From: a virus
Taxonomy: Duplodnaviria > Caudoviricetes
Virus record (IMG/VR): IMGVR_UViG_3300042691_024284
Coordinates: 759-64,758 of that record
Length of the DNA stretch: 64,000 bases
Direction: 5' to 3' (one strand)
Below the pieces are notes generated by a model. That model was not told the DNA's origin and did no database searches. It saw nothing but the letters and a program-made list of their open reading frames with translations. Position numbers and translations under genes: made by a program. Shown here one piece after another: positions 28,648 to 37,534 of the stretch (the first letter of the stretch is position 1; each line of letters starts with the position of its first letter).

Positions 28648-31394
28648 TAAACTACTCCTTGTGGTGGTTGTTGGGCTTGTATTTGTGCCTTAACTGCTTC
28701 TGCTTGTTGACGAAATGCTTCTTGCTCTACGGCGATGCCATGTTTACGGATGTCCGCATCGGCCGTGTTGATTGCATCAATAGCAGACATAATCTGCTCG
28801 CTCTCAAGCTGACGCTGCATGCCGTCTAGCTGAGCGCCAGTTTGCATGGCCGCAATTCGCTCGCGCGATGCGTTGTTGATGTTTGCCGCCGCAATATTGG
28901 TTGCGTTTTTCTGGCTGTCAATCTGGCTCTGAGTCTGATACTTAGCCATGAGCTCAGTAACACGCTGCTGCAACTCGGCAACCTTGATCTCGTAATCTTG
29001 CTTTTGCTGAGCTGCTTGCTGTTGCATCTTAGCCATAGCTTCCTGCGCCTTGCGCTGGGTCTCAGCCATCTGCGTTTTCATCAGCACGTTAGCTGTCGGA
29101 TCCATCGCCGCGGCCTGCTCCATCGCAGCCTGCTTAGCCTGCTGCACTTTCTGCACCAGGCCCATAATCGCGGGCTGTGCGCCTTGGAATGTGGCCTGAG
29201 CGTCCTGGCTGACCATTTCTGCAGCCAAAGCAAGCGCTTGTTGGTCTTCCAACGTAAGCGGTTTCTCTTCGTGCAGTCGCAGCACGTCTTGCCCGCCAGC
29301 TGCCTCGGCCACATACGAGCGCATTGACTGCAGATAATGCAATGTCAAGTGCTGTTTTAAGTGCTCCAAAGCGATGGGCGCAAATTGTGGCCCAATAAGG
29401 GGGCTGCCACCATAATTGGGGTCCTGAGCATACGCCAAGTGAACCTTGATGTGCGCTAGATGGTCCTGATCCGGGTAGGCTGCCGCGGGGCGGCCCATGG
29501 ACATTGCAACGTTCTCCAGGGCAGGATTAGACTCCTTGATTCCGTCCGGATCTGGCAATATCTCGCTAATCGCAGGAACTTTTAGCTGCTTCAGAACGCG
29601 CCGGTGGGCAGCGCGAAGGTCGTACAATTGCGGCGCAGAATTAGCTATCTGCAGGATAGCTTGCGCCTGTGCCAAGCGCTGTGTCTCTGAGAAGATGTTA
29701 GGGTCCGACACCGGCCGGATGTCGTTGTTGGATGCAAAGTCACGCACTTCAATCTCGGTGCCCGACTGATTGTCCATTTCCTCCAAGTACCAGTGATTGA
29801 TACGTGAAAGGATCTTAAACGACTTGGCCTGTGAGCGATGCATCCGCGCATGGATGCTTGAAAACACCTTAGCGCCTTGCTCAATAAGTGCCTGGGTGGT
29901 GCCCACTGGCGTGTTAGCGTTTGCGTCGCCAATTTTCTCTTCGGCGGTTGTCACCACGCCTTTTGCAGCGGTTGTTAACCATCCGAGGAGGTTGTATAAA
30001 ACACTCGAGGGTTGGTTAAACGGCAACGGCATAGCCAACTTGCGGACATCGTCCACACCAGGGGCACCTTCAATTTCTAAAACCTGCGTCGGTTCAATTC
30101 GATCACTCTGACCGGAGATGCGTCCGCCCTTAAGCTTAAGCATCGTCTGACTGTTGTTGATATGTGCAGAATCCAACAGAGCGCGAAGAGCGCCAGTAAG
30201 GGCGGCAGACAAACCACCAATAAGATGAGGAAGCCCAATGGCGTACGCACCACGCCACGGAATAAACTTAAACTCGACAATCCAGTCCAGTTTCGTAAGC
30301 TTTTCATCGCCTGACTCCCAGTTACGGTAAAGCGACAGAACCTTGTTGCTGCTGTCGTCGATGGTTAAAATGTATGGAGCGCGACGACCTTCTGTTTCTG
30401 GATCATCTTTCAGTCGCAAAAAGCAAGTGATCTCATAAACACGACGGACGTTGTCAATGTTTTTATCCGGCAGCGACTTGCCCTCGATCTTGTCGTTGGC
30501 TTTTGTCGAGCGCGTTTGTTCGTCTTGCTCAATGCCAGAGGGTGGGATGCTATCGATGTCACGATATAATCCTTGATCCACACGCTGGCGGAACACATCT
30601 TCCGTAATGTCTTGCTGTTCAGTTACTCGCGGCGAACTGTAAAAGTTTGTCGTTGAGTACGGCAAGAAGATGTTGTCAATCGGGATCCACTCGCAGGTGG
30701 GCCGGCACTGCTCATTGTCCCAGCGCCACTTGAAGTATTGCGAGCCTCCCAACGGAAGCTGCGTGAGGATCTGCTCCATCTCATCGCGGTATTCCTCAAC
30801 CTGCTCCGTGAGCTGCCAGTTAAGAAACTGCGACTTGCGCTCTGCAACTTCTACGCGTTTGCGGTCTGCCTCACCTTTTATTTCCGACTTAACAATACCT
30901 TCAGGCGGAAGAAGCTCTCTTGCGCTAGATGCTGCAAAGTCGACACAAGCTTCTGCCATGACAGGATGCACAACTTTGGAAGCTCCGTCAAAAGTTGCGC
31001 CACCTGGCGCGTCTTTTCCAAGTCCTGTCCTTCGTAGTCCTTCTTCATACTGCTTATCTCTTTCTTTCCGCGCCTCGCGGTCAACCGTTATGTATTCTTC
31101 GTATTCGTTAGCAAGCGCGTCCAAGACGCCCTCATCCATAGTTTCCGCAAGGTTAGCGTAAAACTCTGGGTTTTGGTTGGGGCCTTCTTTTGGCGCGTAA
31201 TTAATTACAACTGAACCATCGTCAAGCTCAATAACCTCTTCATCGCTTTCGCCCGGCTCTAAGCCAAGGACCTCTTCGATGTTTTCAATCTCTTGCTCTT
31301 GCATCAAAGACTCTTGAAAATCTTCATCTTTGCGCAAGTCAAGCGAGCTTAGTGAAGCTCCTTGCTGAATTGGCATTTGAGGCAGTTGGGGCAT
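28647..31394 (-). CDS. Portal protein
   Basis: 915 aa; GAS.V.HPV.AEA.V.F, N.PVGTT.AL.EQG and PVSDPN.FS..QR motifs; Gln-rich barrel-like tail. Confidence 0.9.
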   Translation of the reverse strand: MPQLPQMPIQQGASLSSLDLRKDEDFQESLMQEQEIENIEEVLGLEPGESDEEVIELDDGSVVINYAPKEGPNQNPEFYANLAETMDEGVLDALANEYEEYITVDREARKERDKQYEEGLRRTGLGKDAPGGATFDGASKVVHPVMAEACVDFAASSARELLPPEGIVKSEIKGEADRKRVEVAERKSQFLNWQLTEQVEEYRDEMEQILTQLPLGGSQYFKWRWDNEQCRPTCEWIPIDNIFLPYSTTNFYSSPRVTEQQDITEDVFRQRVDQGLYRDIDSIPPSGIEQDEQTRSTKANDKIEGKSLPDKNIDNVRRVYEITCFLRLKDDPETEGRRAPYILTIDDSSNKVLSLYRNWESGDEKLTKLDWIVEFKFIPWRGAYAIGLPHLIGGLSAALTGALRALLDSAHINNSQTMLKLKGGRISGQSDRIEPTQVLEIEGAPGVDDVRKLAMPLPFNQPSSVLYNLLGWLTTAAKGVVTTAEEKIGDANANTPVGTTQALIEQGAKVFSSIHARMHRSQAKSFKILSRINHWYLEEMDNQSGTEIEVRDFASNNDIRPVSDPNIFSETQRLAQAQAILQIANSAPQLYDLRAAHRRVLKQLKVPAISEILPDPDGIKESNPALENVAMSMGRPAAAYPDQDHLAHIKVHLAYAQDPNYGGSPLIGPQFAPIALEHLKQHLTLHYLQSMRSYVAEAAGGQDVLRLHEEKPLTLEDQQALALAAEMVSQDAQATFQGAQPAIMGLVQKVQQAKQAAMEQAAAMDPTANVLMKTQMAETQRKAQEAMAKMQQQAAQQKQDYEIKVAELQQRVTELMAKYQTQSQIDSQKNATNIAAANINNASRERIAAMQTGAQLDGMQRQLESEQIMSAIDAINTADADIRKHGIAVEQEAFRQQAEAVKAQIQAQQPPQGVV

Positions 31395-32671
31395 TATTTG
31401 TAATCTTCCATTACGGATCTATAACCAACAGGTCCTGTTGCCGCGGGAGCCGCTGCCAGCCCCAGACCGCCTACTGCTTGTCGGCCTTTTGATGCCTGAG
31501 CCGCAGCTCGAGCCATCCGACCATAGGGCGCAGCAAAAAGATAATTTATCGGGTCACCTAACAAACTTGCTACGTTAACGCCAGTCTGATAGGCGTCGCT
31601 TTGCGTGTCAAGCTGCGGAACAAATCGTCCCTGTGGCACCGACATGTACGTTTCTTCTGAGCGAGTAGGTGTGTACATGCCAGCCATTTCGCCAAGGTTC
31701 ATGTAACTGCGAGCTGTTTGGATCGGCGCGTCACGCAAACCAGACATAAACTTTTTTGCCGCTTCTAACGATTGCTGATACCCACGTAGTCGCTGCGGTG
31801 TGCGTCCTTGTGATGCCATCTCTGCTTCCATGTCGCGCACAGAGCGGCCTTCTGCTTTTCCTGGCACTTGGCCTTGCATCAACATCAATTCATCTTTCAA
31901 ATACTGCGGGTACTCTGACGGCGGACGCTCAAGGTAACGCTCCTCAATGCCCTCCGTTCTAGCGCGCTGTTTCCAGTCTGCCATGCCACGAGCAGTTGGC
32001 GGACGCTCACCTACAATCGCCGCTCCCGTCTCACCATACTGGTGGCGCGATGGGTTAAACTCAGCGATGATCATGTCAAGCTCTTCGTCTGTCGGGAAGC
32101 GCTTGTGACGAGAGAAAAAATCTTGTTTTAATTTATCAATCAGCGGCGTCTTGCCGGCGGACAACTTGGCGTTCTCAATTCCCTGCGCCATGCGCGCCAT
32201 GTAGTCTGCGCTCGGTGTAATCGATGCTTGCCCCTCAACAGGGATCGCTTCCAACGTGCCTGCTTCTTGCGCCCGCTCGATGTTTTGCATCACGTTTGGG
32301 TCGTTGATGTCTTGTACCTTGGGTTTGAGGTACGTACCCTTAACCGTGCGTCCAGTCATTGCTTTGGTCAAGAAAGGATCCGGGCCTGCGGGAAACATCA
32401 GGTTGGGGTCAGTGGCCAGCTCATGAAACGCACGAGCCTCTGCTTCTTTCCCAGTGCGCAATGTGCTGCTTGGCTTAGAAAGAGACAACACATGCTTTCT
32501 TAACTCTTGCATATCGGCAGCCGGAGGCTCTTTGCCATAGGTGCGCTTATACCGAGCGATTGCCTTAGCAACCTGCGCCATCATATCCTGGCCCACGAGC
32601 CTGCCTGCGGACATGGATGGAATGCCAGCCATCTCTAGCAGCATCTCTCGTGGTGACTTAATTGGGTTCAT
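31394..32671 (-). CDS. Putative internal virion protein
   Basis: Likely start MNPIKSP downstream of a promoter and RBS; degenerate MSAGR and KAEGR motifs. Confidence 0.6.
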   Translation of the reverse strand: MNPIKSPREMLLEMAGIPSMSAGRLVGQDMMAQVAKAIARYKRTYGKEPPAADMQELRKHVLSLSKPSSTLRTGKEAEARAFHELATDPNLMFPAGPDPFLTKAMTGRTVKGTYLKPKVQDINDPNVMQNIERAQEAGTLEAIPVEGQASITPSADYMARMAQGIENAKLSAGKTPLIDKLKQDFFSRHKRFPTDEELDMIIAEFNPSRHQYGETGAAIVGERPPTARGMADWKQRARTEGIEERYLERPPSEYPQYLKDELMLMQGQVPGKAEGRSVRDMEAEMASQGRTPQRLRGYQQSLEAAKKFMSGLRDAPIQTARSYMNLGEMAGMYTPTRSEETYMSVPQGRFVPQLDTQSDAYQTGVNVASLLGDPINYLFAAPYGRMARAAAQASKGRQAVGGLGLAAAPAATGPVGYRSVMEDYK

Positions 32672-32693
32672 TATTTTTGGAGTCTCCCTAGCA

Positions 32694-32704
32694 CCACTTA
32701 TGCA
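32694..32704 (-). promoter_or_regulatory. Phage-specific promoter motif TGCATAAGTGG
   Basis: Repeated motif. Confidence 0.65.
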
Positions 32705-32724
32705 CAATCGCTATGGGGTGCGCC

Positions 32725-34164
32725 CTACTGAGCGTACGGGTTGTAGCGTTGCTTGCTGCGATCATCTGCGTAGTCATAGTCGCGCGCTGGCAGCGGATCA
32801 AGCTGTATCCACCCCGAGTCACGCAGCACGCGCAGCGCTTGGGACAGGCTGTCCACGTAGTCATCGTGTCCCCCAGACTCGGGAAACGCACAGACCTGGC
32901 GCAGAAAACGTTTGGCCCACTCGGCGTACTCGCCGTCCTTTTTGGCATCCTCCGGTATGTACACCTTGCCCTTTGCTATGAGAGGCGCCACGATGTTGAT
33001 ACGCTGCACCTTGTCCGCTCTACCAGGGTTGTACGCCCTGACCGGCACGCCGGCACCTTGCAGCTCCTGGATGAGCGAGATACCAGCCGACTTATCCTCC
33101 ATCAGAATCAAGTCCGCCTTTCTGCCTTTGGCAAACGTGTTATCCGCGCCGTACACAACCTCTTTAAAGTCGTTGATTACCTTTTTGCGCAGCTCCGGAT
33201 ATGACAGGTGCGCGTCCCATGCGTCTAGCAAGATGATGCACGTGCCCTTGTCCTGGTTCTCAAACACGCCCCACACCTCACAGGCTGTCGGGTCGTTGTG
33301 TGTCTTCTCGCTGGTAGCCGGGTCGTATGACGCAATCACATACTCCAGCGTTGGCGTTTCCTTTTTGGACGGCCACATCTTAAACCACTTGCGCTTTACA
33401 ATCCCCGCGTCCTCCGGGTTTAGGATCTCGCCATAGATCTCCTGCTTACCCAGGTCTGTGCCTTCGTACGTCTCAAGCTGCTTGAAAAACGTCGCTGACA
33501 GGTTTTGACGGTTATCATAAGACGACGCGTTCACCATGTACACGTCGCCCCCGACCTTCCCTTCAGCCAGATCGACAATTAACTCCTTTGGCTTAGGCGT
33601 AGTGGTTATGATCTGCTGCACCCGGGCTATGTTTGGGTGCTTTAAGCGCAGGGTGAACTGCACTTGATCGTACGCATCGTCGATGTACTCGAATGCGCAC
33701 AGCTCATCAAACCAGGCCCCGTGAAACTGCTTGCCTCGATACCGCTCTGGCTCAGAGCCGGGTATGCCCTGGATGATAGAGCCGTTGATTAGCGTCACCT
33801 CAAAGAGCGATTTGTTGTAGTCCTGGATTAACGAGTGCGGGATGATGTTAAGCAATCCCGAGTCACCCTCAAAACACGTCGCCCGGATGTCATTTGACGT
33901 CGGCGCTGTCACTAACCACCTCGTTTGCGCGTTTTTCCACGCCCGAATCCCAATCCAGTGGCTTGCGGTGTGCGTTTTGCCTGATCCGCGGCCGGCAAGC
34001 ATCAAAAACGTGTCATATTCGCCGCCGTCCGGCTCTCTTTGGTGTCCCAAAGCGCTTAATTCCCATCTAACCTGCCACAAAGCCGCGTCTAGCTGCGGTT
34101 TTGGCCAGTGTTTGTTGTTCTTCGCAAAATCCGCCAGGATTTTTTCTTGCTTTTTGCTCAACAT
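32725..34164 (-). CDS. terL: Terminase large subunit
   Basis: Walker A AGRGSGKT, Walker B WFDE, TTTP coupling motif; nuclease motifs SYDPA, EDKSAG and HDDYVDS. Confidence 0.95.
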   Translation of the reverse strand: MLSKKQEKILADFAKNNKHWPKPQLDAALWQVRWELSALGHQREPDGGEYDTFLMLAGRGSGKTHTASHWIGIRAWKNAQTRWLVTAPTSNDIRATCFEGDSGLLNIIPHSLIQDYNKSLFEVTLINGSIIQGIPGSEPERYRGKQFHGAWFDELCAFEYIDDAYDQVQFTLRLKHPNIARVQQIITTTPKPKELIVDLAEGKVGGDVYMVNASSYDNRQNLSATFFKQLETYEGTDLGKQEIYGEILNPEDAGIVKRKWFKMWPSKKETPTLEYVIASYDPATSEKTHNDPTACEVWGVFENQDKGTCIILLDAWDAHLSYPELRKKVINDFKEVVYGADNTFAKGRKADLILMEDKSAGISLIQELQGAGVPVRAYNPGRADKVQRINIVAPLIAKGKVYIPEDAKKDGEYAEWAKRFLRQVCAFPESGGHDDYVDSLSQALRVLRDSGWIQLDPLPARDYDYADDRSKQRYNPYAQ

Positions 34165-35120
34165 ATTGAGATAAATCCCTCACTTGCCAGAAAAGGCCGG
34201 TCCGCAATGACATGAACGCACTGCTTAGGGTCGATTTTCTTGATTTTTCGTATGTATCTGCGCTTTAAGCGCCCGTTTTTGTCATCTAACCTGAACGCCA
34301 GCTTGTAGTTTGACGTATTCTCAGGCAAATACAGCATCGTCTTACACCCAAACGACTCAACCAGCGCCTGGTAGCGCCTGATTGTGGGGTAGTGCGCGTC
34401 GTAGATGCAGTATTTTTTGTACTCCTCGTCCCATCTGACGTACGAGTTGGCATCAATTAGCCCCTCGAGCAACTCCCTTCGCTGTTCCGGTGAGCTCTCG
34501 ATGTAACTAAACGGCAGCGTCGTTGGGATGTCGGCCCCAGCAAACAAAAACGTGTCCTTAATCGACGGCCGAAACTCAAACATCAGTTTGCGGTGTCTGG
34601 ATCTGCCCACCTTTATAAAAAACCCGTGCCGCCTGCAGCGCTTCCTAACCTTCTCCACATCCATCTTACCTACCAGGTTTAGGCCCGACGGTCGCAGTGA
34701 GCCTAACCACACACCCATCACGTAGGGCGGCACCGGCAGATCCTTCCATGTGTAACGCAGCGGCTCGCACACTTGTATGGACCAAGTCTTAGGCTCGCCC
34801 TTAACCAGCTCATCGACAGCCAGGATCTTTGGCTGCGATCTCAGCGGTTTGGAATACTTTTTGCCGCGGTTCTTCACCCACCTCGACAGATTGTCTCTAT
34901 ACGTCTTGTCTTGTAGCGGGAGCGTCATGTGCGCATCACCTACCAGGTCCAGCCCATCGTCGAACGCCACCTGATAGCACGCGCTCGGTATGTACTGCTG
35001 CACCGATCTCACCGGCTGGGCGCAGCCCTCTTGGTCAAAAACTAGATCACCAGGGCGTAGATCGATTGCCCGTCGCCAGCCATCAAGCGTTGGTATTGGC
35101 GTCGTTGCTGCTAGGCCCAT
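34158..35120 (-). CDS. Free-standing degenerate intein-like protein (Hint plus LAGLIDADG remnant)
   Basis: L..TTPIPT.DGW...DL.PGDLVF...G, LPVPPY.MG.WLG, S.EQRRELLEGLID and block F-like C-terminus; lacks the terminal His-Asn. Confidence 0.75.
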   Translation of the reverse strand: MGLAATTPIPTLDGWRRAIDLRPGDLVFDQEGCAQPVRSVQQYIPSACYQVAFDDGLDLVGDAHMTLPLQDKTYRDNLSRWVKNRGKKYSKPLRSQPKILAVDELVKGEPKTWSIQVCEPLRYTWKDLPVPPYVMGVWLGSLRPSGLNLVGKMDVEKVRKRCRRHGFFIKVGRSRHRKLMFEFRPSIKDTFLFAGADIPTTLPFSYIESSPEQRRELLEGLIDANSYVRWDEEYKKYCIYDAHYPTIRRYQALVESFGCKTMLYLPENTSNYKLAFRLDDKNGRLKRRYIRKIKKIDPKQCVHVIADRPFLASEGFISIC

Positions 35121-35307
35121 GCCTTTTTGTCTTCTTTCTTTTCCGGTCGTTTAACAGCGCGCGCTGGGATGCGCCAGGGGACAACCAAATTTCCTTAAAG
35201 TATCCATCGAGCTTGCGCTTATTGGTGTACGCAAAAAAGATATAACCGTCCTTGCGCAGATCTCCTCTGTGGAAGTGCACGTTTGTTTCTGGGTTAAGTC
35301 GCTTCAT
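35083..35307 (-). CDS. Small basic hypothetical protein
   Basis: RBS GGAGG and promoter motif upstream; first gene of the late operon. Confidence 0.65.
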   Translation of the reverse strand: MKRLNPETNVHFHRGDLRKDGYIFFAYTNKRKLDGYFKEIWLSPGASQRALLNDRKRKKTKRHGPSSNDANTNA

Positions 35308-35324
35308 ACCAGGCCTCCATATAC

Positions 35325-35335
35325 CTACTAATGCA
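35325..35335 (-). promoter_or_regulatory. Phage-specific promoter motif TGCATTAGTAG
   Basis: Repeated motif at the head of the minus-strand operon. Confidence 0.7.
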
Positions 35336-35352
35336 AAAAATAAATGGGGACA

Positions 35353-35573
35353 GCTGTCAAGGGTTGCGGGGGTTGCTGGGGTCTAAACCAGGTCCGTCTC
35401 TCTTTTTGTTTTTTCTTTTTTCTAAAAAAAAATAAAAGTGAAATAGACCCCAGCAACCCCCGCAACCCTTGACAGCAGAAAAATTTTATCAACAAAATCA
35501 ACAACTTACAAAAACGCGGTATAGAGAAAAATGACCCTTATACCCTTGACACGACCCCGGCAACCCTTGACAA
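35353..35573. repeat. Origin-like element, copy L: perfect 33-bp inverted repeat around a 58-bp AT-rich spacer, IHF site and third iteron block
   Basis: Arms at 35353-35385 and 35444-35476; WATCAANNNNTTR at 35496-35508; block at 35542-35573; inverted homolog at 43201-43419. Confidence 0.9.
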
Positions 35574-35593
35574 CTTGTACGCACAAGCAAAAG

Positions 35594-35624
35594 TTATCCA
35601 AAGTTATCCACAGAGTTATCCACA
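35594..35624 (+). promoter_or_regulatory. Three tandem DnaA boxes
   Basis: TTATCCAAA 35594, TTATCCACA 35604, TTATCCACA 35616. Confidence 0.8.
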
Positions 35625-35775
35625 GGTTGCCTATTTTTGCGATTGTCTCTATACCTGTCTCTATACCTAAAAAAATATAAAAAATTGCAAAAACTGGCGG
35701 TTTGGGGTGGGGCCACCGCCGCCCTCCCCGACAGGACCCGTTCAGGTGTATCGTCCCTATTTTCGACCCCGGCCC

Positions 35776-35970
35776 TGCTGCAGCGCACCAATTTGCTGCA
35801 TTGCACCACCCCCAGTTAGCGCTCACTAACTTTGTGCAGTGCAACATGTTAGTGAGTACTAACTAACCTACGTGCTGCAGTGCAGCACCCCCAGTTAGCG
35901 CTCACTAACATACATGCTGCATTGCACCACCCCCAGTGAGCGCTCACTAACCTAATTGCCGCGCTGCAAT
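35776..35970. promoter_or_regulatory. PhaR-like TGC-N3-GCA sites (5 clear, 1 degenerate)
   Basis: Sites at 35776, 35794, 35832, 35873, 35915 and (35957); fit TGCRNYGCASMA. Confidence 0.6.
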
Positions 35971-36121
35971 ATGTGAGTGAGCACTCACTGACATATAGGC
36001 AAGACCCCTAGCAAGAATCATGCCAGCTTGGGCAGGCACGCATATTGCCCTAGCAAGAATCATGCCAGCTTGGGCATGCAAGAATCGTGCCAGATTGCCG
36101 GCTAAGTGAGTGAGTACTCGC
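35815..36121. promoter_or_regulatory. Six SlmA-binding-site-like palindromes
   Basis: GTTAGCGCTCAC 35815, GTGAGTACTAAC 35852, GTTAGCGCTCAC 35894, GTGAGCGCTCAC 35936, GTGAGCACTCAC 35977, GTGAGTACTCGC 36110; consensus GTGAGTACTCAC. Confidence 0.75.
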
Positions 36122-36164
36122 GTGCGCGAGCTAGAGATCTGGGCATAAAGCAAAAAACGTGCCC
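36011..36164. promoter_or_regulatory. Five sigma54 (-24/-12) elements
   Basis: Minus strand: TGGCATGATTCTTGC (36011, 36053), TGGCACGATTCTTGC (36078), GGGCACGTTTTTTGC (36150). Plus strand: AGGCACGCATATTGC (36034). Confidence 0.75.
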
Positions 36165-36193
36165 GCGCTCCGGATCCGGCAGGCATAAAAAGT

Positions 36194-36216
36194 ACCCTGA
36201 AAAAACCAGTATAGTG
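36194..36216 (+). promoter_or_regulatory. Early promoter-like repeat ACCCTGAAAAAACCAGTAYARTG, copy 1
   Basis: 3 copies (36194, 37053, 38563), each ending in a -10-like hexamer upstream of a gene or RNA. Confidence 0.7.
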
Positions 36217-36243
36217 AGACCATTACATATAGGAGATCTCACC

Positions 36244-36990
36244 ATGCTAAAAAAACCTAAGACCCTGCTATCAGTCGACACGAATGCCAAGACCGTTAAA
36301 GGCCAAACACTGGGTTTTCTCACTGGCATTTTATATCTGGCGCCGTCGGACCAATCGGGCCATCAGATCTGTCCCATGGCCAAGCTTGCACAATGCGAGG
36401 CACCATGCCTCTACACTGCCGGCCGTGGCGCCATGTCATCAGTGCAGCGCGCACGCCTAAATCGTACAGCGCTCTTTTTTAATGAGCGCGAATGGTTTAT
36501 GCAACAGCTAGTGCAGGACGTCGCCTCGTTAGTCCGTAAGGCAGCGCGGCGAGGCATGACCCCGTTAGTCCGCCTCAATGGCACGTCCGATATTCGCTGG
36601 GAAAATATTCGCATGGCCGACGGCCGAACCATTTTCGAGATCTTCCCGGACGTGCAGTTTTACGATTACACGAAGCTTGCCAATCGTCGCGACGTCCCTG
36701 CCAATTACGATCTGACGTTTTCTTACTCCGGCGCTGCAGGGTTTCGCGATTATGCGCGGCGTGCAATTGATGCAGGCATGCGCGTCGCCGTCGTTTTCCG
36801 CACGCGTGAGTCTATCCCGGAGACATTCGAGGGCATGCAGTGCATTGGCGGAGACGATAGCGACGTGCGTCATCTTGAACCCCGTGGCGTCGTCGTCGCG
36901 CTGTACGCTAAAGGTCCTGCACGCCGTGACGTGTCGGGTTTCGTGATCGACAGCGCGCCGCGCGTGATCCCGATCAAGCTTGCAGCGTAA
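36244..36990 (+). CDS. Gp88-like protein (radical-SAM-like Cys motif)
   Basis: CP.A....C...CL..AGRG, RLNGTSDI.WE, VQFYDYTK and NY.LTFS motifs; RBS AGGAGA before 36244. Confidence 0.75.
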   Translation: MLKKPKTLLSVDTNAKTVKGQTLGFLTGILYLAPSDQSGHQICPMAKLAQCEAPCLYTAGRGAMSSVQRARLNRTALFFNEREWFMQQLVQDVASLVRKAARRGMTPLVRLNGTSDIRWENIRMADGRTIFEIFPDVQFYDYTKLANRRDVPANYDLTFSYSGAAGFRDYARRAIDAGMRVAVVFRTRESIPETFEGMQCIGGDDSDVRHLEPRGVVVALYAKGPARRDVSGFVIDSAPRVIPIKLAA

Positions 36991-36994
36991 TCCA

Positions 36995-37046
36995 GCATCA
37001 CTGATGAGGCCTGAATGGCCGAAACCCCGGCGACGGGGTCTGATGC
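36995..37046 (+). ncRNA. Type I hammerhead ribozyme HH1
   Basis: GCATCA-CTGATGA-GGCC(TGAAT)GGCC-GAAA-CCCCG(GCGA)CGGGG-TC-TGATGC. Confidence 0.92.
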
Positions 37047-37052
37047 AAAACC

Positions 37053-37075
37053 ACCCTGAAAAAACCAGTACAATG
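37053..37075 (+). promoter_or_regulatory. Early promoter-like repeat, copy 2
   Basis: -10-like TACAAT. Confidence 0.7.
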
Positions 37076-37101
37076 CAACACCACAACACGGAGAAAACAC
37101 C

Positions 37102-37275
37102 ATGAGCACACCACAGACCCCGATCACTGTCAGCATGTTGTCCGAGTACTTGCGCGGCGATAGCTGTTCCGAATTACAGGCATTCAGCGCCATGGCCATG
37201 CTGGCCGAAATCCTAAACGGCGAGATCGATCTCGAGCAGATCCGCCTCAGCGTGCTAGCGGAGACCCAACCATGA
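37102..37275 (+). CDS. Small early protein, 57 aa
   Basis: Repeated leader CAACACGGAGAAAACACC-ATG. Confidence 0.65.
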   Translation: MSTPQTPITVSMLSEYLRGDSCSELQAFSAMAMLAEILNGEIDLEQIRLSVLAETQP

Positions 37276-37460
37276 GCGAGCAGCAAGTAATTCGCCACAG
37301 CAAAGGGCCCGAGGGCTGGGCCCGCGCCACCATGGGCCCGATCAACGGCCGGCACTGGGACGCCACAGATCGACAGTGGATCCAGTGGCTGCAGGATCAA
37401 GGGCAGGACGTCGTGACAATCGGCGACACCATGTATCAGATCGTCACGCCGCGCGAATAG
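37272..37460 (+). CDS. Small early protein
   Basis: ATGA overlap with upstream gene. Confidence 0.6.
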   Translation: MSEQQVIRHSKGPEGWARATMGPINGRHWDATDRQWIQWLQDQGQDVVTIGDTMYQIVTPRE

Positions 37461-37511
37461 CATCACTGATGAGGCCTAAGTGGCCGAAACCCCGGCGACG
37501 GGGTCTGATGC
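37460..37511 (+). ncRNA. Type I hammerhead ribozyme HH2
   Basis: Same core as HH1; loop II is TAAGT. Confidence 0.92.
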
Positions 37512-37534
37512 ATACAACACGGAGAAAACACACC

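Noticed and set aside
35776-36164. CRISPR array
   Set aside because: Units are short motifs of several types, without constant repeats, unique spacers or cas genes.
35506-36186. Short ORFs across the binding-site array
   Set aside because: No RBS; translations merely mirror the DNA repeats.
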